A DNA stretch of 52,954 nucleotides from Octopus bimaculoides (Eukaryota). The position numbers were made by a program, and so were the translations under genes. Below, piece by piece: positions 24,501 to 37,564 of this stretch (positions are counted from its first letter, which is position 1; every line of letters begins with the position of its first letter). Below the pieces are notes generated by a model. That model worked only from the letters and a program-made list of their open reading frames with translations. It did not search any database and was not told where the DNA came from. Location of the stretch: contig NC_068982.1 in the NCBI RefSeq assembly GCF_001194135.2, positions 175,723,748 to 175,776,701 on the forward strand. Direction: 5' to 3'.

Positions 24501-26552
24501 AGTAGTTGGATTTCTTGTGCACCTCTTTTGGCAACAGCATCCATTAATTCACTTCCGTAATTCAACAGCAGTTAAAGTTTGCAGAGTAAATAGTTGGTTT
24601 ACTTCTTTTAAATACTCAGACATAGAAGACATTGCATGTAAAACCAAAACTTTGAAATGGAGGTATATTTAATTCTCTGAATCTTACGAAAGAGAGTTAA
24701 AATGTTAGAAATGCTAAGCAAATGCTTAGCTCTGTAAGTTGTTTCCATGCCATATGTGTGCACTGACTGAAACAGTTTTAATAGCAAGGTCAATGTAATG
24801 CCATCATTAGACTTTAACAGACTTCCTTAGTCATAATCTTTAAATTTTGGGAGGAACAGTAGTATGCATGTGTATTTTATATTTATAAAACTTATAGAAA
24901 ATATATTCAGCAGTAAAAAACTCAATAACATAAAAATGCATGCCAAATGACTATTCTTCAATGCTTCAATTGATCAACCACTGAATGCACCAACAAGATC
25001 TCATCCCTATTTCTTTGGAAAAGGTATAAATTTTGCAACCGTTTCCCACCTCTTTCCAACTACTGCAACGAATAAGGTTCAACGTTTTATTGATAGATAG
25101 TTTTGATAACAAAAGTTCAAGCAATGAACTTCATTTAAACACAACCTTTAGGGGCTTAAAGAATGAAAAACTTTTTACATGCACATCTATTCATACACAT
25201 GTACACACACACTTATAAGGAGAATAAGAACTAAGAATGATGAGACAATAAATTGACAGATACAAATATCTTTTGAGATAATTTTAGATACCTATTTGAG
25301 GTACTAGACTATGGCAAAGATATGATGCTGAACACATGACAATATGGCTGTGTGCCCAATAAAAAAAAGTGTTCTGTAACATCTAATGAATTGTTTTTTT
25401 CTGTTGTCATTGTTTAGCTTAGGTTACTCTCAATAAAGCAGATCTATGATCAAAAGCATTTGAAGTATTCAAAGTTAAAATCTGCCTTTATTTTATTTTA
25501 TATTTTTTACAGGATGAACACATCTCTTATGATGTATGTACAATCCTACATTGGTAGCTGCAACTGAGTAATGTTTTTGTTATGTTTGTTATGTTGTAAT
25601 GATGGATGTAATGATATAAAGGTAGTGTAGTGATACAATGGTACAATGGTGACAGCTGCATAATTATGAACATATATGTGGCAAATGTGTTTGTAATAAT
25701 GTTCTAGTTGTCATAGTAGTATGATTGGTAATTTTAATGTTCAGACTACCGCCACTCCATTAACATTCAATAAGCTTAAAGCATACAGCAAAATTTAGGT
25801 GAGAAAGCAGAGGTTAGGGAATGAGAAGCAATAGGGGTAAGAATAATGATGGAAGGAGGTGCTGTTGATAGTTTATTGTAAATAGGGAACACAACAGGAA
25901 AAAAGAAAGCAGTTATATTCGCAAATATCATTTGTAGTTCTGCATACTAATTAAAAAAATTTACAACATGGAGTTTGTGGAAACAGTAGAGCTCCAAAGC
26001 TATAATGGGCTGGAAGCTAATTGTATACCTTGTTTCATTCTAACCTAACTCATAGTGTTTCGAGTTCAAAATCCCAACAGGTACTCAATTTTGCCCTTCA
26101 TATTCAACCTGCTTTATTGTGTGCAGGTATGTGTGTGTGCAGGTATGTGTGTGTGCACGTGTGCATGTGTGTGCACGTGTGCACGTGTGCGTCTGTGCAT
26201 GAGAGTGTGCATATGTATGCACAAGAGAATGTTTTCTTTGGAGAAAGTGGGTAAGAATTGAAATAAGAAGTGTTAGTAATTTACTGAGGCCAATTTAATG
26301 AAATGATCTCATGCTGGAATAAAAAGAACCCAATACAAAGCAATTAGCTTTATTATTACAAAGATTTTAATGAGATTCACATACTCATTATTAAGTAACA
26401 ACTAAAAGCTCAAGGTTTCTCAGCATCTTATCAGTTAATTAAAAATAAAAAGAGAGAAGGTTGTATTAAAAAAATACAAAGTATAACAAACTAGTCACAA
26501 AATAAATACAACAATTCCAAAAAAATTAAGGATTTCTAGACAAGGATTATGC

Positions 26553-27830
26553 TTTTTTCTTTTACTTACTGCAAGGGGTAGTGCTTATGGTCTTTGCAGG
26601 CCCCACTACACGAGTAAGACTGATGTTATTGAATGTTTCTTTTGAACTTTTGTAAAGAGACACCTGCAGGAAAGATATGAGCTGGGAGGGAATTCCAGAG
26701 AGCTGATATTTTGGGGAGAAAGGACTGGGCATAGCAATTAACATGGAACCTAAGGGGTGGTTGGAAAAACAAAAGCAATAAGAGGAGGAGAAGAATGCCT
26801 CAGTCGAGATAGGATAACGTGCACTGCTCTGAGGAGTTACAGCCGGTATGGTAGTGGTAGAACAGACAAGGGGAAGAGGTATTTTGTCTGTGGGCCAAAG
26901 CTTAGAGCATGCTTGTGACTTTATACCAATCAGTCAGGTGGGGTTTTTTCTTGGTGTGGTCTAAGATGTCTATGTTAACAGCAACACCATTCCATATCAG
27001 AAGTGACTGTAATGAAGTGATAGCAGGGCAAAAGGATTGCCTTTTGGTGGGATAGAACATATTGTAGCAGGTTTCAAAAAATCAGGATACATCTCTGTAG
27101 AGAGAGAGGCATTGAAGGGCATTGAAGAGTTTAATGCATATAATAGTGTACTTCAGAATAGTGAAAGAACACTAACAGTATCAGTGGTCTTGTTGGTTTG
27201 AAGTGACTGAAGATTCTTTCACACATAGACTATGAGTGTGGAGGCCCAATGGCCCAGTGGTTAGGGTAGCGGACTCGCGGTCATAGGATCGCGGTTTCGA
27301 TTCCCAGACCGGGCGTTGTGAGTGTTTATTGAGCGAAAACACCTAAAAGCTCACCGAGGCTCCGGCAAGGGATGGTGGCGAACTCTGCTGTACTCTTTCA
27401 CCACAACTTTCTCTCACTCTTACTTCCTGTTTCTGTTGTGCCTGTAATTCAAAGGGCCAGCCTTGTCACACTGTGTCACGCTGAATATCCCCGAGAACTA
27501 CGTTAAGGGTACAAGTGTCTGTGGAGTGCTCAGCCACTTGCACGTTAATTTCACGAGCAGGCTGTTCCGTTGATCAGATCAACTGGAACCCTCGACGTCG
27601 TAAGCGACAGAATGCCAACAACAAAGGCTTTGAGTATGCAATGTAATGGACATGGAGGGGTAGAAAAAGATAGAAGTGAAAGAATATTTGCCAAGTATGT
27701 GCAATATGGAGTTGGCTGCAAAGTGGCAACAAAGAGAAGGTAGCAAATTTTTCTGTGAGGGTTCTGTTCCCAGAACCATCACTGTTGCGGGAAGAGGATT
27801 ATGCAAAGTTGATGGAAATCTCTAGTAAAA
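26553..27830 (-). mobile_element. CR1-like LINE remnant with internal deletions, interrupted by a SINE
   Basis: The minus strand reads RNSDGSG...HFAANS, then PDFLKPATICSIPPKGN (RT start), then C-terminal AQSFLPKISALWNSLPAHIFPAGVSLQKFKRNIQ*, then a short 3' UTR and A-rich tail. Confidence 0.7.
27238..27624 (+). mobile_element. Full-length tRNA-derived SINE with (AAC)n tail
   Basis: A box TGGCCCAGTGG, B box GGTTTCGATTCCC, tail ccaacaacaa. The degenerate target-site duplication is agactatgagt / aggctttgagt (9/11). Confidence 0.85.
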
Positions 27831-27919
27831 GATAAAAAGGGTTAGCTTGCTATTTCAGAAACAGGATAGCTCAAGAACTCTAAATTGTATGAAGTTGCCT
27901 TTTGTAGTTTTTCTTTTAA

Positions 27920-28200
27920 CTTTTACATGTTTCAGTCATTAGATTGTGACCATACTGGGGCTCTGCCTTGAAGAAATTTTAGTCAGATGAATCCACCCCA
28001 ATATTTATTGGGGTGGATTCTTTTGCTGAACTGCTAAGTTACAAGGATATAAACAAACCAACACTGGCTATCATGCGGTAGTAGGGGGCAGATACAGACA
28101 CAAACACACGCATACACATGTGCACACACACACACACACACAACTAAACCCAGAATCAGGTGGTTGGGAGACAAACTTCTTACCACACTGCCATGGCTTT
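27920..28200 (-). mobile_element. Diverged, internally deleted copy of the SINE family at 29714
   Basis: tgtttcagtcattagattgtgaccatactggg...gaactgctaagttac...cttaccacactgcc. Confidence 0.65.
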
Positions 28201-28544
28201 GCAGATGTTGCATTAATAAGTAAATATCAACCAATTTGAAGGGTGGGTGAGTTTCACCAGAAGTTGTAGGCCTTGATTTTTTGAGGGTTGAACAACTTCA
28301 GTGCAATACATTAATTTATTCATTATTTTCATTAATTCATTAATTATTTGCATTGATTTTTTGTTATTTATTTGTTAGTTGTTGCTTTTTTTATTGTTTC
28401 TAATGAATTTATTGTGCTTTCTCTTATTTGTTTAATAATGGCTTTTACAGTCATTAACTTCACAAAACCCAAACTACTGCACACCATGATATATAACTTA
28501 AGTCTAGTCTCAGTTTTGAGTCATGAACAGTACAGCCTAGGTTG

Positions 28545-28830
28545 TTTAGCATCTTCTTTAGCTGGCATGAGTTGGAGGGTTTGACAGGAGCTGGCCAGCT
28601 GAAGAGCTGTCCAGACTCCACCTGTCTGTTGTGACATGGTTTCTATGGCTGGATGCCCCTCCTAATGCTAACTATTTAACTGAGTGTGCTGGGTGCCTTT
28701 GATGTGCCACCAGTATGGGTGTGTTTACGTAGCATCAGCATGGGTGCATTAATTCAGCACCAGCATGGATGTTTTTTAAGTGGCACCAGCACCTGAAGGA
28801 CAAGCCTGTATATGTGGAAGACGGCAATTT
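28545..28830 (-). mobile_element. Old (GAT)n-family-related retroposon fragment
   Basis: catggtttctatggctggatgcccctcctaatgc plus short ccagca repeat units. Related pieces lie at about 2000-2165, 23230-23380, 33570-33700, 44560-44690 and 46570-46750. Confidence 0.55.
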
Positions 28831-28907
28831 TACTTAAATATCTTCCACTCTACCCAACATACAGAGTTCTATAACAAATGATGTTTGCAACATGCAAAAT
28901 GCATTTT

Positions 28908-28943
<36 letters not shown>

Positions 28944-29713
28944 ATTTGTCATACAAGTAACTTTGAAAATATACTTTTGTCGCTAAGGGTAATATCAGGA
29001 ATTATGACATGTTCAATAATACAACTTTTATAAGATTTCTTGATACAAATTTTCAAAAGAAATATATTTATTACCTTAAAACTTATAAAAATTTCTGATG
29101 TGTATATTTGCAAAAATATACATTAATAGTTTTCTAAATTTTATTATTTGGTTGGTTAATTTCTCCAGTCCAGTTTAGTATAAACAGGCAGAGAGGTGAG
29201 GGAGTAAAAACGAGAGGTGTAATATGAGTGCACATACAAAGCTTAGTGGTAGGCAACAAGGAATGTTCCCCACCACACATACACAGTAAGAGAGAAAGAA
29301 AGACAGAGAAAACGAGGAGGAAATGATAGATTAGTTCACTGCTGCTGGAAAACACTTTACAATAGTTAATATTTATTTTAATGAATATTTTCCTTAAATG
29401 CATTTCAAGTAAGTTGTTCGTTAGCAGAGTAATTGACTATAAGGTAATTAATCACTAAGGTATTCACTAACTAAAGAATTTATAGCAAGCTGTTCCAAAT
29501 AAACATATCGCTACAACTGCTGCAATAATATTAATATACTTTTAGCACCATGGGTAATGTCAGGGAATATGGCATACCTACAATAATTATAATTCAACTT
29601 TAATCAAATTATCCATGGCGGCAAAAGTATACTTCTAAAGTTCCCTAAACATATGATGGATAACACCCAAGTGTGCGCATATATATATGCATACACGTAT
29701 GTGCACATATATA

Positions 29714-30053
29714 CTCTTTACTCTTTTACTTGTTTCAGTCATTTATTTGACTGTGGCCATGCTGGAGCACCGCCTTTAGTCGAGCAAATCGACCCCAGGA
29801 CTTATTCTTTGGAAGCCTAGTACTTATTCTATCGGTCTCTTTTGCCGAACTGCTAAGTTACGGGGACGTAAACACACCAGCATCGGTTGTCAAGCGATGT
29901 TGGGGGGACAAACACAGACACACAAACATATACACACACACATATATATATATATATACATATATACGACGGGCTTCTTTCAGTTTTCCGTCTACCAAAT
30001 CCACTCACAAGGCTTTGGTCGGCCCGAGACTATAGTAGAAGACATTTGCCCAA
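29714..30053 (-). mobile_element. Young SINE copy lacking the extreme 5' head
   Basis: ctctttactcttttacttgtttcagtc...gtcgagcaaatcgaccccagg...gacatttgcccaa, CpG-rich and overlapping 35797-36003 at high similarity. Confidence 0.85.
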
Positions 30054-30603
30054 CAAACACAATATCTTATACATACATACATGTATACATGTGTATGTGT
30101 GTGTATGTATGTATGTATTAAATGATGATGATGATGATGATGATGATGTACATACATATGTATGGAATGTCAAATGTAAGTACCTCTTATAATCTGAGTT
30201 GATTTTAATCATTTTGTCATTGAGAAACAAACCTGGATATGGAACAGAGGCAACATTCCCAGCTCATTCAGAAGTTGTTTCCAATTTCACAATAGCTAGG
30301 TGAATTGAAGTATTGCAGAACAAAGTATTGTAGAAAATAAAAGCCAAGATTACACAATAAGTGAAAATATGCAAAGAAAAAAAGTAATGAAGAAAGCCCC
30401 CATATAGTGTGTTGCATTTAGTCCATGGTGCAAATATTAAACTGAACATAGATTATGATTTTTGAAAATCACCAAACTTCTTTCACTGTTCTTTCTCATT
30501 CTACCATACTTTTGTATCTCTGTTTTTATATTACATAATTGATGAACAAAAGTTAACAAATAGAAAAAAATTAACAAAACCGATATTGAGTCTAAAAGTG
30601 ATC

Positions 30604-30608
30604 ACGAC

Positions 30609-30653
<45 letters not shown>
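30604..30653. repeat. (GAT)n microsatellite
   Basis: Directly visible. Confidence 0.95.
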
Positions 30654-30656
<3 letters not shown>

Positions 30657-31379
30657 ATGGGTAGTGAATGTTAGAATCACTACATAAGACAATCAAGAGG
30701 AATGCGATGATGATGAATAGAAATGATTGAACACATATATATTTTGTTGGCTGAACAAAGAAGAAAAAAGAAAAGTAATACAGAGATGACAGAAGGAAGA
30801 GAGACGAAAAAGAATTGAGAAGATAAAAAAACATAAGATTAAAGACTAAGGGAGCATTAGGGAGAAACAGATGACAGAAGAATACTGAAAATAAGGTGAA
30901 GAAAGAAGGAGTAAGAATGAGGAAGGGGGAGGAAGAAGGAAGGAGGTGAAAAAATGTCAGAAGAGAAGAGGAGTTGAAAAGAGAGAAAACAGGAAAAGAA
31001 ACAAAACAAGACAAGAAGCTAGAACAGTAGAGCAATAACAATAGTGTAAAACCATTAAGAAACTGAAGCTAATAAGAGTGAGACCATCAGAGATATAAAG
31101 TACAAATTATTTCTATTGCAAGAATGCTGGAATGGTTTATACAAGTATAAAAGAAGCATTTTATCATTATGGGAATACTTTCCTTCATTTTCTCAGAGCC
31201 ACACACACATAAGTCTACACACTCATCTCCATAAAATGAATACAAATGTGTGCAAACTCATATAATTATATCTACGCATATAAACAAATAGGCATATATT
31301 CATACGCAAGCATATACAACTTGCATACATATTTGTATATACATACATGCGTGCATACATACATACATTTTATATATTA

Positions 31380-32170
31380 GGAACAAAGTTAACCTAGATG
31401 AGATGCAGTTTGGTTTTGTGCCAGGGATAAGCATTACTGATGTTATCTTCCTAATAAGGTAACTGCAGGAGAAGCATTTAGCAAAAAGCTAAACAGTTGT
31501 GCTTGACATTTGTCAATGTGGAGAAAACCTCTGACAGGGTCCCTTGCTCACTCATCTAGTGGGCGATGCAGAAGGTAGGGGTAGATGAGTGGTTGGTAAG
31601 ATCCATCGAAGCCATGTACAGGGATGAAAATTGGCAATGAGTATAGCAATGGATTTAGTGTGCAAGTAAGAGTTACCAAGGATTGGTTCTTAGTCCATTC
31701 TTGTTTATCCATAGTCCTCCAGGCCATAACAGAGGAATTTAAAACTGGTTGTCCATGGGAGTTCCTCTATGCTTGCGACTTTGTTCCTATAGCTGAATCT
31801 CAATTAGAATTAGAGAAGAAATTTCAAGTGTGGAATTAAGGACTGAAATCAAAGGCCTTAGAGTTAACAAAGACCAAAGTACCAGAGAGCAGGAAAGCAG
31901 ATAAATTACTAATTTCTTCAGAAAAATGCCCCTACTCGATACATAGAAATGGTGTAAGTAGAAATTCCATAATATGTAGCCAGTGTAAGTAAGGAATTAT
32001 AAGAAGAGCAGTAGAGTTACAGGAAGGCTAACAGAGAAAGTGTAGTAGACGTGCAGATACAATAAACATTATGAACATACAGGAAATGGATGTCCTCAAA
32101 TAGGATCCATTAGAAAAGGAACACAGAAACAAAGTCATTATTAAAGCATTATATAATGTACATGTGTTTT
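31380..32170 (+). pseudogene. RTE-like LINE reverse transcriptase fragment with stops and frameshifts
   Basis: Reads KVNLDEMQFGFVPGISITDVIFLIR*LQEKHLAK and VLQAITEEFKTGCPWEFLYACDFVPIAES (decayed YADD). Confidence 0.85.
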
Positions 32171-32454
32171 GTGAGCATAAAGACTGGCTATGTGAACAAA
32201 TGCTGCAGGTCTCAATCATCAGCATTACATAAAACAAGAAGAAAGAAGGGAGCCATTACCCACCCCAGTATGCAAATTAGAATAATAGGCTTAATATAAG
32301 AATATGAAGGGGAAAGAAGAGAGAAGGTATGAGATGCATGAAAGAGCGTGATGTGCTTTAAAAAAGAAAAGAAAGAAAGGAAAGAAGACTCTTTGGGCCT
32401 CACCTCTTCACACAGCCTACAACATCAGTAGCTATATTAATAATAATTCTTTCT

Positions 32455-32990
32455 AATTCTGGCATAAGGTCAGCAATTTTGAAGGTGGGGGGAGTCAATT
32501 ACATTGACTCTAGTGCTCAACTGTGGAGGCACAATGGCCCAGTGGTTAGGGCAGCGGACTTGCGGTCATAGGATCGTGGTTTTGATTCCCAGACCGAGCG
32601 TTGTGAGTGTTTATTGAGCGAAAACACCTAAAGCTCCACGAAGCTCCGGCAGGGGATGGTGGCGAACCCTGCTGCACTCTTTCACCACAACTTTCTCTCA
32701 CTCTTACTTCCTGTTTCTGTTGTGCCTGTAATTCAAAGGGTCAGCCTTGTCACACTGTGTCACGCTGAATATCCTCGAGAATTACGTTACGGGTACACGT
32801 GTCTGTGGAGTGCTCAGCCACTTGCACGTTAATTTCACGAGCAGGCTGTTCCGTTGATCGGATCAACTGGAACCCTCGACGTCGTAAGCGATGGAGTGCC
32901 AACAACAACAGTGCTCAACTAGTACTTATTTTATCATCCCTGAAAGAATGAGAGGCAAAGTCAACCTCAGTAGAATTTGAACTCAAAATG
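32455..32990 (-). mobile_element. Older SINE (family of 34790-35000) split by the insertion at 32523
   Basis: ggcataaggtcagcaattttgaagg...agtgctcaact resumes after the insert as agtacttattttatcatccctgaaagaatgagaggcaaagtcaacctc. Confidence 0.7.
32523..32909 (+). mobile_element. Second full-length tRNA-derived (AAC)n-tailed SINE
   Basis: Colinear with 27238-27624. Perfect 11-bp target-site duplication agtgctcaact at 32512-32522 and 32910-32920. Confidence 0.9.
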
Positions 32991-33335
32991 TCATTAAGCA
33001 ATTTGTTTACTTGCTTACAATTCCACTAGCTTGCAACCCTAATAATGATAAATAATAATAAAATTAAAAAAATATTAAAATGTAGTAAAGAAAATAATAA
33101 ACAAAATTAAATTGAAAAATCAACAGTCTAACAAGGCAGCCAGTACGCAGCATTGCAGGGAAGAAAGAAAATGAGACAGAGAGAGAGAGAGAGAAAGGAA
33201 ATGAAAGCCCATGGTGAAAGGATCTATAGCGCTTCTGCAGGAAAGGAAGTACAGCAGACAAAGTTGCTGAGTTCTAAAGGCAGGCCTTGTGAGATGTGGC
33301 TAGGTACTAGAAGTTGCCAAGGCTTAACTACATCG

Positions 33336-33336
<1 letters not shown>

Positions 33337-33390
<54 letters not shown>
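33337..33390. repeat. (TAC)n microsatellite
   Basis: Directly visible. Confidence 0.95.
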
Positions 33391-33392
<2 letters not shown>

Positions 33393-33799
33393 ACTTATAC
33401 CTTGAGGGTCCTCACAGAAAAAAAATTTCCCCTTCCTTCATACTTTAACCTCACATTGCCTAGCATACACCCACCTCTTTTTGAGTTGATAATCTTGTAA
33501 GATGGTGACCTAACTAGTGATTATGGCATGAAGAGAGAAAAAAAAAAAGCATCCAGTATGTGTTGTAAAGTGGTTAGCATTAGGAAGAACATCCAACAAA
33601 AAGACACCATGCAAAAGTAGTGAAAATAGGTGCAGCCCTTGGACCCACTGAATTCTGTCAAACAGTCATGTCATCATGGAAAAAGGACATTAAATAATAA
33701 TGATAATGAAATATATATGCACAGACATGCATATATGTGTGTGTGTATGTGTGTATGTATGTATATATATTTATATGTATATGTGAGCGTGTGTGTGTG

Positions 33800-33849
<50 letters not shown>

Positions 33850-33850
<1 letters not shown>

Positions 33851-34704
33851 TAGCTGATGTACCCAGTAATTCTCGGGAAAGCGGGGCTTATCCCTTGGTT
33901 CTGTTCTCATAAATGTTTCACCAATCTAATAAGAACAATACAAAGTATGTAGCCCTTAAAACGTTTTTGTGCATTTACAGAGAATACCAAACTGTCTTAC
34001 ACAGGATCTTGTTTTTAGGAATTCCCAATAAGTTATGAATACCCAAATTATGAAGTCAGTTATGTAATAACATGAAATTAGTTACCCGATAGTAAGAATT
34101 CAAATAAAGTAGCCCCGAAAAGGGTTTTAATGCATGCCCAGAGTATATAGAACTTAGGAGGAAATACTAATAAGGTATGTATACTAAAATCTTGAAGCAT
34201 GTTACGTAATAACAGGCTAAATCAGATACGAGATAATAACAATTCAAAGTAAATAACTCTGAAAAGGGCTTTTGTGCATTCCCAGAGAATATTACCCTCA
34301 GCGGTGCTAGTGTTGGTATATTCATGAATAAGTCACGAATCGAAATAATTGGATCTATTGTTTAGGAAAATACTATTTACTTGTTTAAGGGTTGTACTGG
34401 ATAAATTACGAAAATAACAGTTGAAATACTAAGAAATAAGCATACTCAATTTGATTTATACTAAATGATTTAGAAAAATGAATGGTTTATATCCCTTGGT
34501 TGTTACAATGGAAAATATATTAGACATATATAAGGATCCCTTCCAAGGGCCCCATTATCAATTTGTTTTCAACAATCTGAGTATGCCATGAGGTTTCCAG
34601 ACATGAGTTCTACTCGCATGTCAAGTTTCATCAAAATTGATAAAACGATGTAGGAGGAGTTAACTAACAACTCCACAGACGGAATTTCCCACATATGCAG
34701 TAGA
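33850..34704 (-). mobile_element. Non-autonomous Helitron-like element (855 bp)
   Basis: The minus strand starts A|TCTAC at 34704 and ends cccgagaattactggg-tacatcag-CTAG|T at 33850: 5' TC, 3' CTAG, a subterminal imperfect hairpin and an A|T target, beside (TA)n. Confidence 0.6.
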
Positions 34705-34789
34705 TATATATCTTACACATACACACACATATTATATATTTATATTATTATTTTATCATTATTATCATTATTATTATTATTATTATTAA

Positions 34790-35000
34790 GATGGCAAGCT
34801 GGCAGAATTGTTTGCACAATGGGCAAAATGCTTAGAATCATTTTGTCTGCCGTTATGTTCAGAGTTTAAATTACACTGAGATCAATTTTCACCTTTCACC
34901 CCTTTTGGAGTCAATAAAATAAGCAATAGTCAAACACTGGGGCCAATGTCATTGACTAGCCCCTCCCCCAAAATTTCAGGCCTTGTGCCTATAGTAGAAA
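34790..35000 (+). mobile_element. Diverged SINE (gatggcaagctggcagaa... family)
   Basis: Runs from the head to cccctcccccaaaatttcaggccttgtgcctatagtagaaa. Further copies lie at about 6190-6335, 18360-18490 and 40055-40200. Confidence 0.7.
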
Positions 35001-35489
35001 TAATAATTATTATTGCTGTTGTTGTAAGTCACAAGTAATATGTTTTCTAAGATACGACTGAATGTGTTGAGACCTAGTTTATTTCATATGACTTGAGTGT
35101 CATGTTACATTATGGTATGAGCGCCCAACAGAAGAATTTCATTTCCCTGAATTTCTTAAATTCCCTGTGACCTATCTTTTTGTGATGGTTTCCAAAATAT
35201 TCCATCTCACTTGAATAGGTTAATACATGTCCTACATAACTGTCTATTTTTTTGTTGTTTCAAAAAAATATAATGGTGTATTTTTCATAAGTGTATGAGA
35301 GCATTCATCTTTTCACACAATCACACATAAAAATACATATATACATTCATAATATATATATTTTAAACTCTCAGTCAACATAAACTGTATAATAAATTTA
35401 ACTCCTCTCTATTTCGAGTCTGCCATTAAGGCATGTTCTGTTATTCTTAAACTTGCTTTACAATAACAACCTGAATTTAACATCTACAT

Positions 35490-35530
<41 letters not shown>

Positions 35531-35796
35531 NNNNNNNNNNNNNNNNNNNNNNNNNNNNNNNNNNNNNNNNNNNNNNNNNNNNNNNNNNNNNNNNNNNNNN
35601 NNNNNNNNNNNNNNNNNNNNNNNNNNNNNNNNNNNNNNNNNNNNNNNNNNNNNNNNNNNNNNNNNNNNNNNNNNNNNNNNNNNNNNNNNNNNNNNNNNNN
35701 NNNNNNNNNNNNNNNNNNNNNNNNNNNNNNNNNNNNNNNNNNNNNNNNNNNNNNNNNNNNNNNNNNNNNNNNNNNNNNNNNNNNNNNNNNNNNNNN
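35531..35796. other. Assembly gap (266 N)
   Basis: Run of n after (TA)n. Confidence 0.99.
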
Positions 35797-36003
35797 ACAG
35801 ACACACAAACATATACACACATATACATATATATATACATATATACGACAGGCTTCTTTCAGTTTCCGTCTACCAAATCCACTCACAAGGCTTTGGTCGG
35901 CCCGAGGCTATAGTAGAAGACACTTACCCAAGGTGCCACGCAGTGGGAATGAACCCGGAACTATGTGGTTGGTAAGCAAGCTACTTACCACACAGCCACT
36001 CCT
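35797..36003 (-). mobile_element. Young SINE 5' half; the 3' half is lost in the gap
   Basis: gacggcttctttcagtttccgtctacc-type core through gaacccggaactatgtggttggtaagcaagctacttaccacacagccactcct, a tRNA-like head on the minus strand. Confidence 0.85.
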
Positions 36004-36104
36004 ATATATATATATATATATATATATATGTCATATATGGTATAGATAAAGTAATCAAGGTTATGAAGGTGGGGAAAGCATCATAATAATAATAATAATG
36101 ATCC

Positions 36105-37560
36105 ATCTGGATAGCTGCTTAAAATATCTGGTGAAATGGGATACAGCATTACCACACACATAGCTAAACCAATTCATTCAGAAGTGTCATACTCAATGAC
36201 TGGCATAGTAATATCATTGTAAACTACTACAGGAGCAAAGGTGATGCCTTAGAGAGAAGCAACTATAGAGGAATCAAACTTCTAAATGAAGAAAGTCATA
36301 GCACAATTGATTCAGAATAGTGTAGACTTGGATGAGATGCAAGTTTAGTTTTGTCCCCAGAAGTGGCACAACAGATGCAATCTTCCTAGTGAGGTAACAA
36401 CAGAAGAAATACCTGGCTAGGAAGAATTAATTGCTGTATCTGGCTATCATTGGTTAGCACAAAGCATTTCACTGGATACCTCATTCAATAATATGATGGG
36501 CACTGGGGGAACTAGGAGTAGATGAATGGCTTGTGAAGTAGTCCAAGGTATGTAGAAGGATCCAATAAGTGAAATGAGAATTGGCAATGACTTTAGTGAT
36601 GAATTTAGTGTAAAGGTGGGAGTCCATCAACATTCAGTCCTCAGTCCTCTTCTGATATTCCTCACAGTCCTTATAAGTTATAATGAGGGAGTTTAAGATT
36701 GGCTGATGGTCTTAGTTTTCATAGATGAATCCGTAGTGGAATTAGTGAAAAAATTCCAAACATGAAATCTATACTTGGAATTGAGAAGCCTTAAGATAAA
36801 ACTAACAAAGATGGAGATTTTAGTGAGCAGGAAAGAAGACAAGACCCTGGTACCTTCAGGGAAATAGCCGCGCTTGATATGCAGAAATGGTGTAGGTATA
36901 AACTCCATACATTTTACTCAATGTAAGCTGTGGACAAACAGGAGATGTTGCAGTATCACTAGCATATCATCCAAAAATGTAAGCTCAACATACCCTAGAG
37001 GCACTGGAGCAGTTCATATAAGCACACTAGAAACTGAGTCTCTTAAATACTCGGACAGTTCACGAGTCGATATCTTTTGTTACCTATGAGATGTGATTAG
37101 CAAAGGAGGTGGTTGCTCCAAAAATGTAACATAGCTAGAGTGAGAACTGGTAGCAGAAAGTTCAGGGGACTACTAATGCTGCTAACAACAAAGATCTTTG
37201 TCTTTAGAGAGTAGGGCAAAGTATATGATGCTTGTGTTAGGATACAATACTGTATGATAGTGAGACATGGGCCTTGAATGCAGAAAACCTGAGAAGAAAT
37301 GAAATTAGCATGTTCTGCTGGATGTGCAATGTGAGTGTGCATGAAAGAAATAGTATAAGGGTGTTGAGTGAAAAGCTGGACATTAGTGGAATTAGTTGTA
37401 GTGTGCAAGAAAGAAGACTGTGATGATATGTACTCAGGGTGCATATGGACGAAGACAGCTGTATAAAGAAGTACCAGTTGCTAAATACAGTCAGAGCTTG
37501 CAGTAGAGGGAGACCCAGGAAGACATGGGATGAAGTGGTTAAGGCCAACTTCAGGACCCT
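36105..37560 (+). pseudogene. RTE-like LINE RT and C-terminal region, decayed
   Basis: Reads NDWHSNIIVNYYRSKGDALERSNYRGIKLL, DEFSVKVGVHQHSVLSPLL and RGRPRKTWDEVVKANFRTLSL. Confidence 0.85.
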
Positions 37561-37564
37561 GAGC

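Noticed and set aside
23860-24830. Non-repetitive stretch with several short ORFs
   Set aside because: No identifiable motif in any frame, and no splice-consistent frame.
27238-27316. tRNA gene (also at 32523)
   Set aside because: A and B boxes are present, but the acceptor stem is poor and the sequence continues into a 390-bp shared body with tail and target-site duplication. It is a SINE head.
30236-30298. Minus-strand segment with acceptor- and donor-like ends
   Set aside because: All three frames contain stops.
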